A DNA stretch of 64,000 bases from Bugula neritina (lineage: Eukaryota; Animalia; Bryozoa). A program made the translations under genes and the position numbers. Below, one piece after another: positions 48,260 to 60,900 of the stretch. Each line of letters opens with the position of its first letter. Position 1 is the stretch's first letter. The notes beneath the pieces were generated by a model. It saw only the letters and a program-made list of their open reading frames with translations. It had not been told where the DNA came from and did no database searches. Location of the stretch: NCBI GenBank assembly GCA_964035545.1, contig OZ037767.1:4542707-4606706 (forward strand), in the 5' to 3' direction.

Positions 48260-49124
48260 ATATTCATTACTTCAGTTTCATAGTTGTACAAACAAAGATG
48301 CGCCAAGTAATACTTGTATTATTTACAGCACAATTACAATAATAGTAAAATAGTTTTTAATTAAATAATACAATTTCTACAAACATTACTCCTAAATGTA
48401 AAGTTACTACTTACTATTCTTGAAATTTTACAACTCTGCGCAGTATGACTCTCTGCCGACTTTAACTAGCTTTAGCTTTCAACAATGAGCTTTTGCCTGA
48501 AATGTAATGACTAATGACCATTTAAAGTAGTTTCTATTAATTATTTAGTCTCTTTAAAAAATCTTTGGTTTCGTTGTTTCTAAAATGAGGCAAGTAATTT
48601 TAAACAGCATAAGCGCAGCCTAGTCATGCTCACACCTACTATTCTAATCAAGAAAATGTGGAGTGTGGCAAGCGGTGTACTACTTGTTGTTTACATGTCG
48701 TTAACCATACCAAGGCCTAGAACTTACGTCAGTAAAATTAAGCCAATAGTACGCATCACATTCTCTAAGAAAATGTTGCAGAAAGTGATGTATAAGAAGA
48801 GTTAGTATTAGTGTGACCTATTTCAATGAGATGTTAGTTAAATAACCTTGTAAAATATCAGAGTTACAGTATTGTAATTGTGAGCCAGCATTGACCTTCA
48901 CCTTGCATTTAGCTAATAAACTAAGGGGAGCTTTCTCAGTTTTGTGTGACAAGAACTTGTTTTTATCAAATCAGTTCATCATCTATTTTATTGTATAAAT
49001 GGTATCATTTCTCCGCCATTCTTACTTTAATCTTTATAGTTTATTATATGTTTTAATGCCTTACAATAATTTGATTATTGATTTGTAACTAGAATTATAC
49101 TTTTAACTTTGCTGGCAATCCTGG

Positions 49125-49287
49125 CAAATTGTGCAAAAAAAGAATGCCTCTTTATAACAAAACAGTGTGTTTCAGAGTGACTTGATTTTACAGCATTTCA
49201 CCAAAATCAGCGAAATGCTGTAAAATCAAGTCACTCTGAAACACACTTTTTTGTTATAAAGAGGCATTCTTTTTTTTGCACAATTTG
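49125..49287. repeat. 163-bp near-perfect palindrome (MITE-like hairpin; 75-bp arms, 12-nt loop)
   Basis: 49125-49199 is the reverse complement of 49212-49287, with one mismatch and a 1-nt homopolymer difference. Confidence 0.9.
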
Positions 49288-49303
49288 TGATCCAGAATGT
49301 ACT

Positions 49304-50794
49304 ATGGACGTCGAGTAAGTATCGAGTAAGTATTAGTCTTACTCATACTCATACTCATAGTCAATCACTGTCAATGTCATACTCATAGTCATACTTTTAC
49401 TTTTCGATAAACTTAAAGATTTGACTTAGTGAGTTACACTTTCACTTTAACTTACTACTTAGTCTTACAGTTACTGTAACTGTTACACTTACTGTTAGCT
49501 GAGCTGCCCACTTGTACTCTTAGATTAAGATTACATTTACTGATTTAGTTTTTACTGTTATAGTTTTACTTTTAGTTAATCGTAAATTTAATCCAATACT
49601 TGGACTGCGACTATTCGGCTAGTGGATGATTTACTATTACGTTTACTATTAGTATTAGTTATTAGTGGTAGCTGGTTACTTTTAATATTAGTAGTACTCT
49701 AACTTATAATTGAGTAGTGCTAGTGGCTGTTAGATTTAAATTTTTAAATTTCTTTTACTCAGTGTTAGTATTATTTTTATTCATTACTGCTTAGGCCTCT
49801 GTTCTCTCTACTTGTATTCCTGGAGTAATGTTATGTACTTGTTTGTGTAAATTGATTATGTTAGATATACAGAAAACTATTTTATTTTAAGTATTATGCT
49901 GGTCATTTATCTACTAGTAGATATACTAGTTTATGCTGAGCCTAATACTATTTTCATTCTAATATTATTTTCATGGCTGTTTGAATTTTATTAGAGAATG
50001 CTTAACGGGCCCTTTGCAGAAGATCTGTTTCAGTCATCTGACGGTTCATTGTGTATGGAGTCTATAAACTGTGATCCATGGCAAGTGGAGGGAGCTGAAA
50101 GTGGTGCTGAATCAGATGCACCCAGTACTCTTGGCCAAACTTCTTCCTCGGACTTTGCCAACTTATCTGTTGGAGAATGCCAGAAGTTACTAGAAGCATG
50201 CATTAGTCCAGCTGCAACAGATGAAAGTTCTAGCCAATGGGAGTTTGAAACTGATCACACATACTTAAATAAACTAGGTGAGTTTTATGCTGACTATTAA
50301 TTTTTTCTAATAACATTCAAATTATAGTTGTTTGCTGAAATAACACCTAATTTTTATAAAAGCACTACTAATTATTGCTAACATAATTATATATTTTGGG
50401 CATACACGCTCTTTATATGTTGATCAAATTATTTGGTTTCTAAACTTTTTGACTCTTAGAAAAAAGACTTGAGCGTTTGTATAAAGTGAAAGGGAAGGCT
50501 GAGAGGCAGAGTATGATAAAGCAACTGAGTGACCGAGCCGACGCCATGTTTAACTCAGATTGTGAGCGTGTGGACAGTGCGGTGGTAGAGTCGACACTGA
50601 GTAGTAACGCTGTAGTCAAACATCTATTTCCGCATCAGCAAGCTCTTACTGCAAATGAAAAGTATGAACTGGTAAAATATGATGAACTTTCTACCGGCAA
50701 AGAGGAAATGAAAGACTCCCAATACCAACATGGTGAAGTTTGTGTAAATGATACCACAAATGATTCAAAGAACATGTTTACTCTACCATCATGA
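49304..50794 (+). CDS. CCDC32: Coiled-coil domain-containing protein 32-like
   Basis: Exons about 49995/49998-50277 and 50460-50794, plus a possible micro first exon 49304(or 49297)-49314 with a GTAAGT donor. DHTYLNKLEKRLERL, SMIKQLS and VKHLFPHQQALTANEKYELV align to recalled CCDC32 DSEVYLASLEKKLRRI, DMLRTLA and KRWLQPDKVAVSTEEVQYLI. Confidence 0.7.
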
Positions 50795-53243
50795 TTTATA
50801 GTTTATAAGCTATAAAATTGCAATTTTTAAGGTTGGTGCTCAGTCTATTGGTTTTAAGACATGGAATACTGCATGCATACACTTTTCATCATTCATAGAT
50901 ATTTACCAAAATACCTTGTACATAGTTTAACAGTTACCCTTTTCATACTGTAACAGATAAGTGATAGATGCTATTTGATAGCAATATGATTATAATCATA
51001 ATTATTTGCAATTATTCGCATGTCAAACATTTTCTTGTTAACATTTATAATAAAAACTTATAGGAATTTACAAAAATCAAAAATAATTTTCAATATGTTT
51101 TTGTTAGTAAAACTAAGGATAAATGTTCATATTTCATTGTGATCAAATAGGGCTCGTATTATATATTGTAAGGCTTGTGCTTTCTCTATTAACTAAAATA
51201 ACTCAAAGTTTAATATGGATGATCAACAAATTGTAAGACGAATTTTTTACTTCATCCGCAGTTCTCATTTCATTATCTATTTTACTTTACAGGATTATTT
51301 ATTACTTGTAAAAATTTTATTTATATTATATGTTTTACATTAGTACTGCTCAGCAGTAAAATATAAAATTAATACACAGAACCTCTGTTTAATCTGCTTG
51401 ATTTAGTAGTAATTGAACCAAAATTAAAACAGAAGTATCTGAAGGCTGCTATGATGATTATGATTTCTAAAATACTAATACATAGATTTAGAGAATGTTC
51501 CTAGCTACAGCACAGCTATATACATTCCCCTATACCAAACCAAGCTCTTTTGTGCAACAACAGATATTTGACAAACACATGATAGGTTAAGAATTAATTT
51601 CAATATAAATCTTTAAGACTTGGAAACAGTTGATAAACCTGCCGTGTTTCACATATTTGGCAGCCACGTACTATTGCTTGAAATTCTAATCTTTTGCTTG
51701 ATGATTGTTAAAAAAATTTTTCTTTGTAATTCTGTGTACTTTTCATAATTGAAGAAACATATGGAATGCATGTGTTGAACGATGTAATAATCATAATATG
51801 ACAAGTGAGATGAACTGCTCTAAATAATGCATAAGCCCTTTGTCAAAGTTTGGCCAATATGTACAATATAATATGAATTAAGCAAGCAAATTTAATTTAC
51901 ACAAATTTTCAAGTGTGCAGCAGGTTGCTAGTAGTTGGCAGCGAAGTTGTCTGTCCTTCTCGAACTTATCTGCTCGAGTTCCGTTAACGATGGTTGAGCA
52001 AACCTATGGTAACCTTTTGCTAGGTCAAGGTGATATTCTAAATTGTAACTTCAATCAATAATTGCAGTGTGATCTATTAACTTTAACCCTTTGAATAAAT
52101 AGAATCATAATGAAAATTAATAATAGCACTATACTAATTAATAGTAAAAATAATAATATTCGGATTCCCGAAAGCATATCAATTAAATGAAAATAAGTAG
52201 AACTAATTGAACAATTGAATAGTAAAAAATTCCATAAGTTAACGATAAGTTTAACGGTTAATAATAATATTAATAATAATATTGATATACTTATACTTAT
52301 AGTTATATAGTTATACTTATACTATAAGTTATACTATAGGTTATAGTTATTATGATTATCTGTTATAGTGATATAATAATGATGATAATTATAATTTATA
52401 ATATAAATATACGCTATACAAATTGAAATACAGATGTGAGATCTCTTATTAATAATATTATTGTATTTGTTCTAGTTTGATTCAATTTTGTTGAATTCAT
52501 TATAATTATTATTTATATTAAATTCAATATTCATTTTAAATTAGATACTGATACTGATAGTCATAGTGATAGTATGAGTATCACATTCACTGTGATACTG
52601 CTAGTAATATAATTTACTAATTATTATATTAAACATCTAATTTCAATTATATTGATATTTAGTTTGATATTCATATTGATTTTGAATTTGATAATCATAA
52701 TGGTTGAATTTGATTATTCAAAAGTATTGTTATTGAATTATCAATTATAGGTATTCATGTTGAATGTCATTTTGATTGTATTAAACTTCTATGCATAGCC
52801 ATATATCTATGGCAATAGTAGGCTATGGCTGTTGACTATTGTGAATTATTGATGATTGAAACTAATTCATATTGTGATTTTCTTTAACATTTTCATATTA
52901 ATTATGAAAGAATTATTAACATTTGAAATTATATGTGATCAGAATATTGGTTAAATGATTAAGCCTAGGTTTTCGAGTAACTGTAAATACTGTAAGTACT
53001 AATGAAATAAATAATTTTGTTAAGTTCCATCTCCTGAAAATATGCTTAGAGTTGTGTTTTTTTTCAAGCGCATGGCACAATAAATAAAAAATAATTACAG
53101 CATTGTGCAACACACGGTTAATGAAATTGGGTAAATGTACCACTTATGGACTTTTCATAGTTTATTCTGGAATGGATAATCACTCTGACTCTGGCATTTT
53201 GTTTTAATAATACAAATTTGGCCAGTTTTAGTTGGCTTTGGCA

Positions 53244-54400
53244 ATGCCATTTCCTGCAGTCAAGCTTGTTGGACTATTTATAAAGCAGCTGAGCAAACCT
53301 CTTGCTGGATATATCAAGCGTAAGGCCAAAGGAAGTCATGTATTAAGAACTTACATTTGTATGCCTCCAGCTCAGTGTAAGTTGCAGTCTTAAATCAACA
53401 TGAGAATTAATACAAACATACATATGTAATTATTTATAAATATTTAGTTACTGTAGATTGTTTATTGGCTGAGAATGTAAAAGAAATAGCAATCGAAACT
53501 ATTATATTGTGATCACTGTGAACTTCTAACTCTAGTGTATCACAGAATGGACGTTTCATTGCGCATGTGGTCAGCAGACAGTAGTCGTAGTAAAGATTTC
53601 AAGGTGACGCCCTTGAAGGAAGATGCAGCTATTGATATTGGTGCTGACTTGTTAGGCGAAATAGTAATTTTTACAGTTAGTGTTGGTAAGTTCCAGTTTT
53701 ATATAATAAAAATATTTGTTTATTTTTAATTTGATTTAATTTTAGAAAGAAGTTATGTCTGACTAATTCATAGTTTGTTTTAAGGTTGGTTAGACTTGCA
53801 GGCCAATAACTGCTTTGATTTTTCAGCACTAATTGGTTTTTCCTGCAATGAAACATTGTTCGTCCAATAAAAATTCTAGTTAAAATCAACAGTTTAATTT
53901 CCACAAGTACAAGCTGTTTCTGTAATCTAAATTATACTCATATCAAGTGGTCCAAAGTCATCAATTTTACAAGTAATAAGAGATCTTCTACTGTGTGTTT
54001 CATCAATTGAACACATTCTATAAGTTGAAGTGATACCTTTTCTGGCCATTCCTGACTTCCTGTATTTATGAATATCTTTTCCGTTATATACAAAACCTTA
54101 TGGTTTTCCAGATGGCGACAGAAAAATATCTTACTGTGTTTCGTAAATTACATTATAGGTGTGATCGCATTAGAGTACTGGAGGCAAACTGCCAATGCAG
54201 CAAAGAAGGAACAGAAACAAGATGATACTCTGGTGTTGCTAAGAAAAGAAATCAATGAATTAACTCGAACAGTAGATATGAGACAGAAGTCTCTCGATGA
54301 ATTAACAATAATATTAGAAAATTATAAAAGTAAAGATTTTCAACTAGTTAAAGCGGATTCTAAACAGGATTCACGAAAACTGAAGACCAAAGTCCCATAA
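53244..54400 (+). CDS. OPA3: Optic atrophy 3 protein homolog (mitochondrial)
   Basis: Exons 53244-53376, 53536-53685, 54159-54400; FPAVKL...IKQLSKPLA...TYICMPPAQLYH, PLKEDAAIDIGADLLGE, LEYWRQ. Confidence 0.95.
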
Positions 54401-54957
54401 TACTCGTCAGCTGTATAATTATAGATAAAATGTTATTTTTTTTAGTTTTTTCTCATTAAGGTATTGTTGTGTTTTGACCTTGCAGGTTAAAATAGGGTGC
54501 TTTTAAAACAAAATACTAGTACATAATTGTGTGTTAGTAACAATTTATTGTATGGACTTATTATATTTAGCCCGTTACTATGGGTAAATTCACAGAGTAT
54601 AAAAAAAGACAAAGCCTAGCCAACATCCTAAATAAAACACTTGTGCCAGAAAAAAAAAACAATTAAATATTTATAACTAAGTGAATACATGACATAGTTA
54701 TATCTATATGTCTATATATATATAAATTAATGAGAGTAATTAGAGGTGTACTAAATTCCATGATTGATTCATTATAATATAGTACATTAGACTGACAACT
54801 CTCGGTGTAAACTGGAATAAGTAGAGAAGAGTATCTCAATTCATCGCATATGATGTACAAACTACCTGGCCACTAGGCTGTTAAGGTAAGCATTTCACAG
54901 AGATATTCCAGTAGATAAACCAGCTAAATACATGCAATCCTGAAACCATTATTTAGC

Positions 54958-57900
54958 TCACACCAAAACCTTCGCCACGCCATCGGCACCAGCACTGGCA
55001 ATGTAAGGTTTACTAGGGTGAAAGGCTACATCAAAAACACTTTCATCTAATTTCTTCCGGTGTGAGGTTATTTCTTGAACACAGGTTTTGCTCTCCATGC
55101 TCCAGAGACGGATGGAGTTATCGTGGCCTGTAACACAGACCAATATGTACAATAACTGGTGCAACCACTTGCATGGACTCCTGCTTAAAGCCGCACAAAT
55201 ACTCGTAACAGAGTGAGACAAGAAACAAAGGTTATGTAAGCCATTTTTAATACAAATATAATACAAATAAAATAAAATATTGCAATTATTCCATCTGAAA
55301 AATAGTAACACTGGAAGCAGCACTTACTTCCTGAAAGTAGATAGAGGCCATTTGGATCAATGGCTAGTGAAGTTACAGCGTCCAAGTGAGCTACCATGGA
55401 GTGCATCAGCTGACCATTGGTAGTATCATAGAACTTGATGCTTCGGTCCTCGTGGGCACTTATGGCTACCGGTAGCGTTGGATGTGAAAGTATTTTATTG
55501 ATTCGGGGATTTGTATCTGCAATGAGCCGTACAGCACAATGCAGACAAGTGACATGATAGGGGGGCTATAGTTACTAACCACACAACTGCAATGTGAAAC
55601 AACCCATAGGCTGAGCACTATCATGGTTGTGTGTAGTCATATACTACCAAACTATTGTAAGTAGCTAGTAAACGTCTCAAACTTGCAAACACACAGTTAT
55701 AACTAAAGTCATCTAATTTATGCTGACACAAGTCAACAAGGACAGCATATTCAGCTGTTGAATAACACAACCATGTATGTATGTTGATCTGCACGAACCT
55801 GGCGCCGGCGAGTCAAACTTTACGACATGCTGCCCTGTGCTCAGGTCAAACACGTAGCAGTTGCCAGAGGAATAGGCTACCATCATACGGTTTGGGTCAT
55901 TAGCTAAGAAGTCTATACAGGTTGGAACTCCATCACCTGCGAATCAGAACAGAAGCTACAGCTGTTGTGGTGGTGACATCCAACAGCTGATATATCACAG
56001 AGAACGGCCAACTTTGATAAGATTTACACAGAATGATCAGAGAAGCCCAGGTGACACTTACCCTCTGTGGGAGGTAAGAATGTATTATTCAATGCGAGTT
56101 TTTGCTGCCCCGGGGTCCAGAGTCTAACAGTGCTGTCAGCTGAACAGGACAGGAGTTGTACTCTCGTGCTATGTATTGCTATACCCCACACTGCGTCTGT
56201 ATGAGCTACTAGAGTATCTTGCAATATGCTAGAATCTACAACCAAAGCGGAAGTAATTATTGCTGGTAGCCATGGAGACACAGCCATGAACAAACTTCAA
56301 AAAGTCAGTATTTGGAAAGCCTAACACAGAATTTATAAATAATAAAAAGAGGTGTTCCAAAACAGCTTTATGAGGCTGGTTTTAAATTACTTTACATTAC
56401 AGTTTTAACAGCCCAGAGAGCTGAAAGTTGTATAAAACTGTTTTAACTACAAGTTTTTATCAACACAAGAAATAAAAAAAAGATTATTTAGAATGCAAAT
56501 CCAAGCTACATTCTACCAGTTATACACCAGACTAGCTCACAGAAATTACACACACACAACCCCAGGCAATGGATAAATCTCTCTCACCATATGAGTCATA
56601 AGGATCAATGTTAGAGCTGGGAAGGTTCCAGCATCTAATGGTGGAGTCCATACCACCGCTGTAACACTCCTCACCCGTGGCGCTCATGGCCACACACAAT
56701 ACCGGACCCTGGTGAGCTCTGAATGTGTACACAGGCTCTACATCTAGTGCTGTGGCTCTGTAATACAATAATACACGAGTATAATAACTGTGCAATACGA
56801 TAATACGAGTATAGTAACGGTGCAATACGATAATAGAAGTATAGTAACGGTGTAATACAATAATACGAGTATAGCATCTCTGTAATATAATAATACGAGT
56901 ATGGTACCTTTCAATACTAACTTTACAATATAATAATATAGTAACTCTGTACTGTAATAAAATCTTAGCTCTGTAACACAATGATATAGATAATGGCATG
57001 CATTATGAGAATAGTGTTTAGTTAGCAGATAACACTATCCTTGTTATCATTTAGATATCTAAGATGTACAATGATGCAGCAAGGCTTTACAAACTTACTT
57101 TTTAGTAGGAACGGTCTTCTGTAAGTTCCATAATTTCATAGTGTGGTCTTCTGATGCAGTCAACAACACAGGTTCAACAGGATGAAACACCAGGGCTCTG
57201 ACGCCGTCAAAGTGACTATAGCAGTAAGAAGTATTATAGAGTAACGTGTGACTATACAACATCAAACTTATTGCATCACCAGAATTCAGAGTCGAGGCCA
57301 GAACGGGCAGCTTTGTAAGTAAGCATTTATTAGACAAGAAATTATGAGTATTTAAATTACTTGACTCGTGTGTTCGAATACATTATGACTGAAGTTATCT
57401 TACCTTCTTAAAGTGTATTTAGCATTCCAAGTTTTCCTAGCGTTGCTATCTGCTGCATTAAGCTACAAGACAATGTGTATGTACACTCATACAGGCGAAT
57501 GTTGATTACTAACTCAACAGAAATAGAGTAATTCAGCTCGATACAATGATTATCTTAGAGTTAGAGACAAGTGAAAAAAGAAGACAACTTAAGAATATGA
57601 ATTACTTGACACGGGCATTTCGCAGGTGAAAAATTGCAACACAATTAGAACAAAAGTAGTAAAAATAGTATATAAGTTAACGAGTAATTAGACATAACTA
57701 CACATATTTTACATTTAAACTTGTCCACAATTTTACATTTCCAAACTACCAACTTGTACCCATTATAAAAGCAGTTGGTTCATTAAATGTAAAGCAAAAC
57801 ATAGAAGCATGAAGAGATGAAGTAGGGGTGGAAAGTGCAAATGGTAGGAGATACTAACATCAAATGAGAGAGTTAAAGAGTCGGTCTCATCGTTAGAGAC

Positions 57901-60900
57901 GGTAATATCAGCCAAGTCGCCTAGTCCTAGTGCACTGCTGTCCAGGTGTCTCTCCATTGAGGAGCCCGGAGGGAACCTCATCATCATTTCATTACTTGTC
58001 TTTGGTGAATCTCCTCGGTCTACAGTACGAGATAGAACAGTGCACTAGTATGTACAACACACCGTATGTACAACACACAGTACTTATAACACACAGTATA
58101 TACAACGCACAGTATGTACGTACAGTATGTACAACACACAGTATGTACAACACACAGTATGTACACACAGTATGTACAACACACAGTATGTACACACAGT
58201 ATGTACACACACAGTATGTACACACAGAGTGCAATGCCCTGCATGAGGTTAATAACATGTTTACTGTAGAGTGATTGAAACGCAAAAGAAATATCAATAT
58301 CTAATTACCACAATGTTTCTCTACCCTACTACGAAGTATCTATTTACATTAACTCAAAGTTGACAATATTCCCTGCATAATATTCATGTATGCTGCCATT
58401 TATGCAAAGCTGCTGCCAAAGCGACAAGCAATATTCTGAGATCTACTGAGGAGGGGGGGGAGGGGCGTACCTTCGGTGTCGGTCACGTCGTCCTCCTCTG
58501 CCCCCAGTGTGGCTATCATAGCCTGCAGGTCGGTCTTACGAGGGCGCTGTGCGTTGTCGTGCTTACGAATTCTCTCCTTCTTGTATTGCTCTATCTGCAT
58601 GGACAGCTTCTGCTTGTCTAACGGCCAGTCGGTATGTTTGGTCCATTCTGAGCCGTCACCTAGCAACAGATTACACAGCATGTGACAATATGTGCTGGCT
58701 CAGCCTGTGACTATTTACAGGTCTCTGAGCAACCAGTCTGCTAGTACTGTGTTACAGACTCTAGCATGGCCGGGCTTGTATTCTATTGGCCAGGCCACCT
58801 GTTGAAGCAAGCCTACCGTACATAACATACCTAAACAGGGACCCCATATATATTGGCTGTATAAATGAAATCCCACTAAACAAAGTGCTGAAAGAAGAAT
58901 AACCTCTAAGATTCTGGTTGAAATAAGACTGGAGTAGACAGCCATAAGCACGAGACTTATTGTCACTAAAGTATGCATGAAGAAAGAGAGAGGTGAAGCT
59001 ACGTCTGGCAGCTGCCACTCACCGTCTGTTCGTCCGTCATCACCTCCCTGCTCAGAAACCAGGAAGTCAAACTCCGCCAAAGCCTCTTCCTCTTCCATCG
59101 TATCGGCTGGCTCTGGAGACGCCGCCCTGTTGCCACCTCCAGAAGGCAAAGAGTTGGCTATCCGTCGTCTTTCCTCCAGGTCATCGTCGTCGTCCTCGTC
59201 TTCAACCTCATCAAAACTCTCATCCTCGTCACTGCAATCGGCAGAGCAGAGTTTACAGTAACTGGGCAGCAACTAGTACAAGGGGAGAGGGAAAGAAAGG
59301 GAGAGAAAGAAGGGGAGAGAGGGAGAGAGGGAGGGAGGGAGAGGGGGGGGGGGAGAGAGAGAGAGAGAAAGGGAGGTAGGGAGGGAGAGAGAGAATGCAA
59401 GGTAACACCCACCTGTCATCAGCGTCATCGACTACAGTGCCGCTAGTCTGAGGTAAATAGTTGAGTTGTACTTTCATCACGTCTTCGGCATCATTGTTTA
59501 TCATAGAGGAGGTGTCGGCAGCAATAGGAGGTGCTGTGATGATCAATCTACAGTAGAATGACAAATCATAGAGTGTGTATTACTGGTGTACACCACACAC
59601 TGCAAAGGCTAACAATACAATATCTAGTACAGCATAGAACACATCTCATGAATATGCCACACATTTTCAGCATGAGCATGCCTAGTGCACATCTGTATTC
59701 TAGTGTATTCTATTATATTACATATTATACTATATTACGCTAGGTTACGCATATATGTCACGAACTCATATTAAAACATGACATACACCCTTATAAAACA
59801 TTAGTGCAGAGTTCACGCAAGCAATAGAATATTCACAGCTGATGGTTGAGTTTTTTGATCCTGTGGAATGCTTTACAACAAAAAGAAATGGCATGCAGCT
59901 GAGGCAATGCATGAAACATATAAGTAAAAGTATAGCGTAACTCCTGGTATATGATTTCCTATTGTCCACACAGTGTAAGTATTATACAGTTTAGTCCGCC
60001 TGAGCGCTATACACACACCACACTGGATATCAACATTATATCTGATCTAGTGCTGCAGCTATTGTCTCCTCCGACTATTGCAGTGACTGGAGAAGCAAGC
60101 ATTGGCTAACAACCTGCATCTTTACTAACACTTTAGATATGTGCAGATGCTAGTAAAATATGCATACAACAGATTCAGCTACTAGTACCAGGGTACTGGA
60201 CGTAGCCTCTAGTAAGTCATGCCAACACAATGTGTGGAGTAATAGCTGTACACAGTGAGCACCAACTGTGCACAGGGAGTACCGACTCTAACCACTGTTG
60301 TGTTAAACAACACCAGCTCCTCAGGATAAACTAGACTAGAGTTACAGGAAATAAGAGAAATTTGTCTTGGCTTCAGCCCATGAGTTACACAGACAGGAGA
60401 GATTATCCAGTTTTATTTACTCATGAAACAAACTGGCTGACTAATAGCCTGTGGACCCTAGAACCAACAATAACTGTCTATATAACTGAAGACGGTATGA
60501 AGTGCCGATCTAAAGCTCAGTCTAGCATATTCATTCTAATTGCTAGACACCGTCTCAGCCCTATACACAAACAACCATAGCGAATCAGCGCAGCTCTAAA
60601 CTGTAAAAACTCAACTGACTTCTAGCAGCTTAAACTAACCTGGAATCAGACATCCCGGACTGGTTGTTCTGCTGAGTTATCTCCTCTTTCATTTGTTCGC
60701 CCCTGTCTGTGTGAATACCTAGTAGAGATCTGACCCTGGATGACCTCACGTCTAGCAATGCGTCCGTGTAGCCTATTTCCTCCAAGTACCTGCAACCAGC
60801 ACCATCTTGTAGTGCACAAGCTATGCTCACATACAGACTACCGACACACCAATGTTCTTGAAGACTAACTGCCGAGTATAGCATAGCATGAAATTTATTA

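Noticed and set aside
51990-52008. ATG-containing upstream exon as the OPA3 N-terminus
   Set aside because: Splicing to the acceptor at about 53231 puts it out of frame with OPA3; at most a 5' UTR exon or uORF
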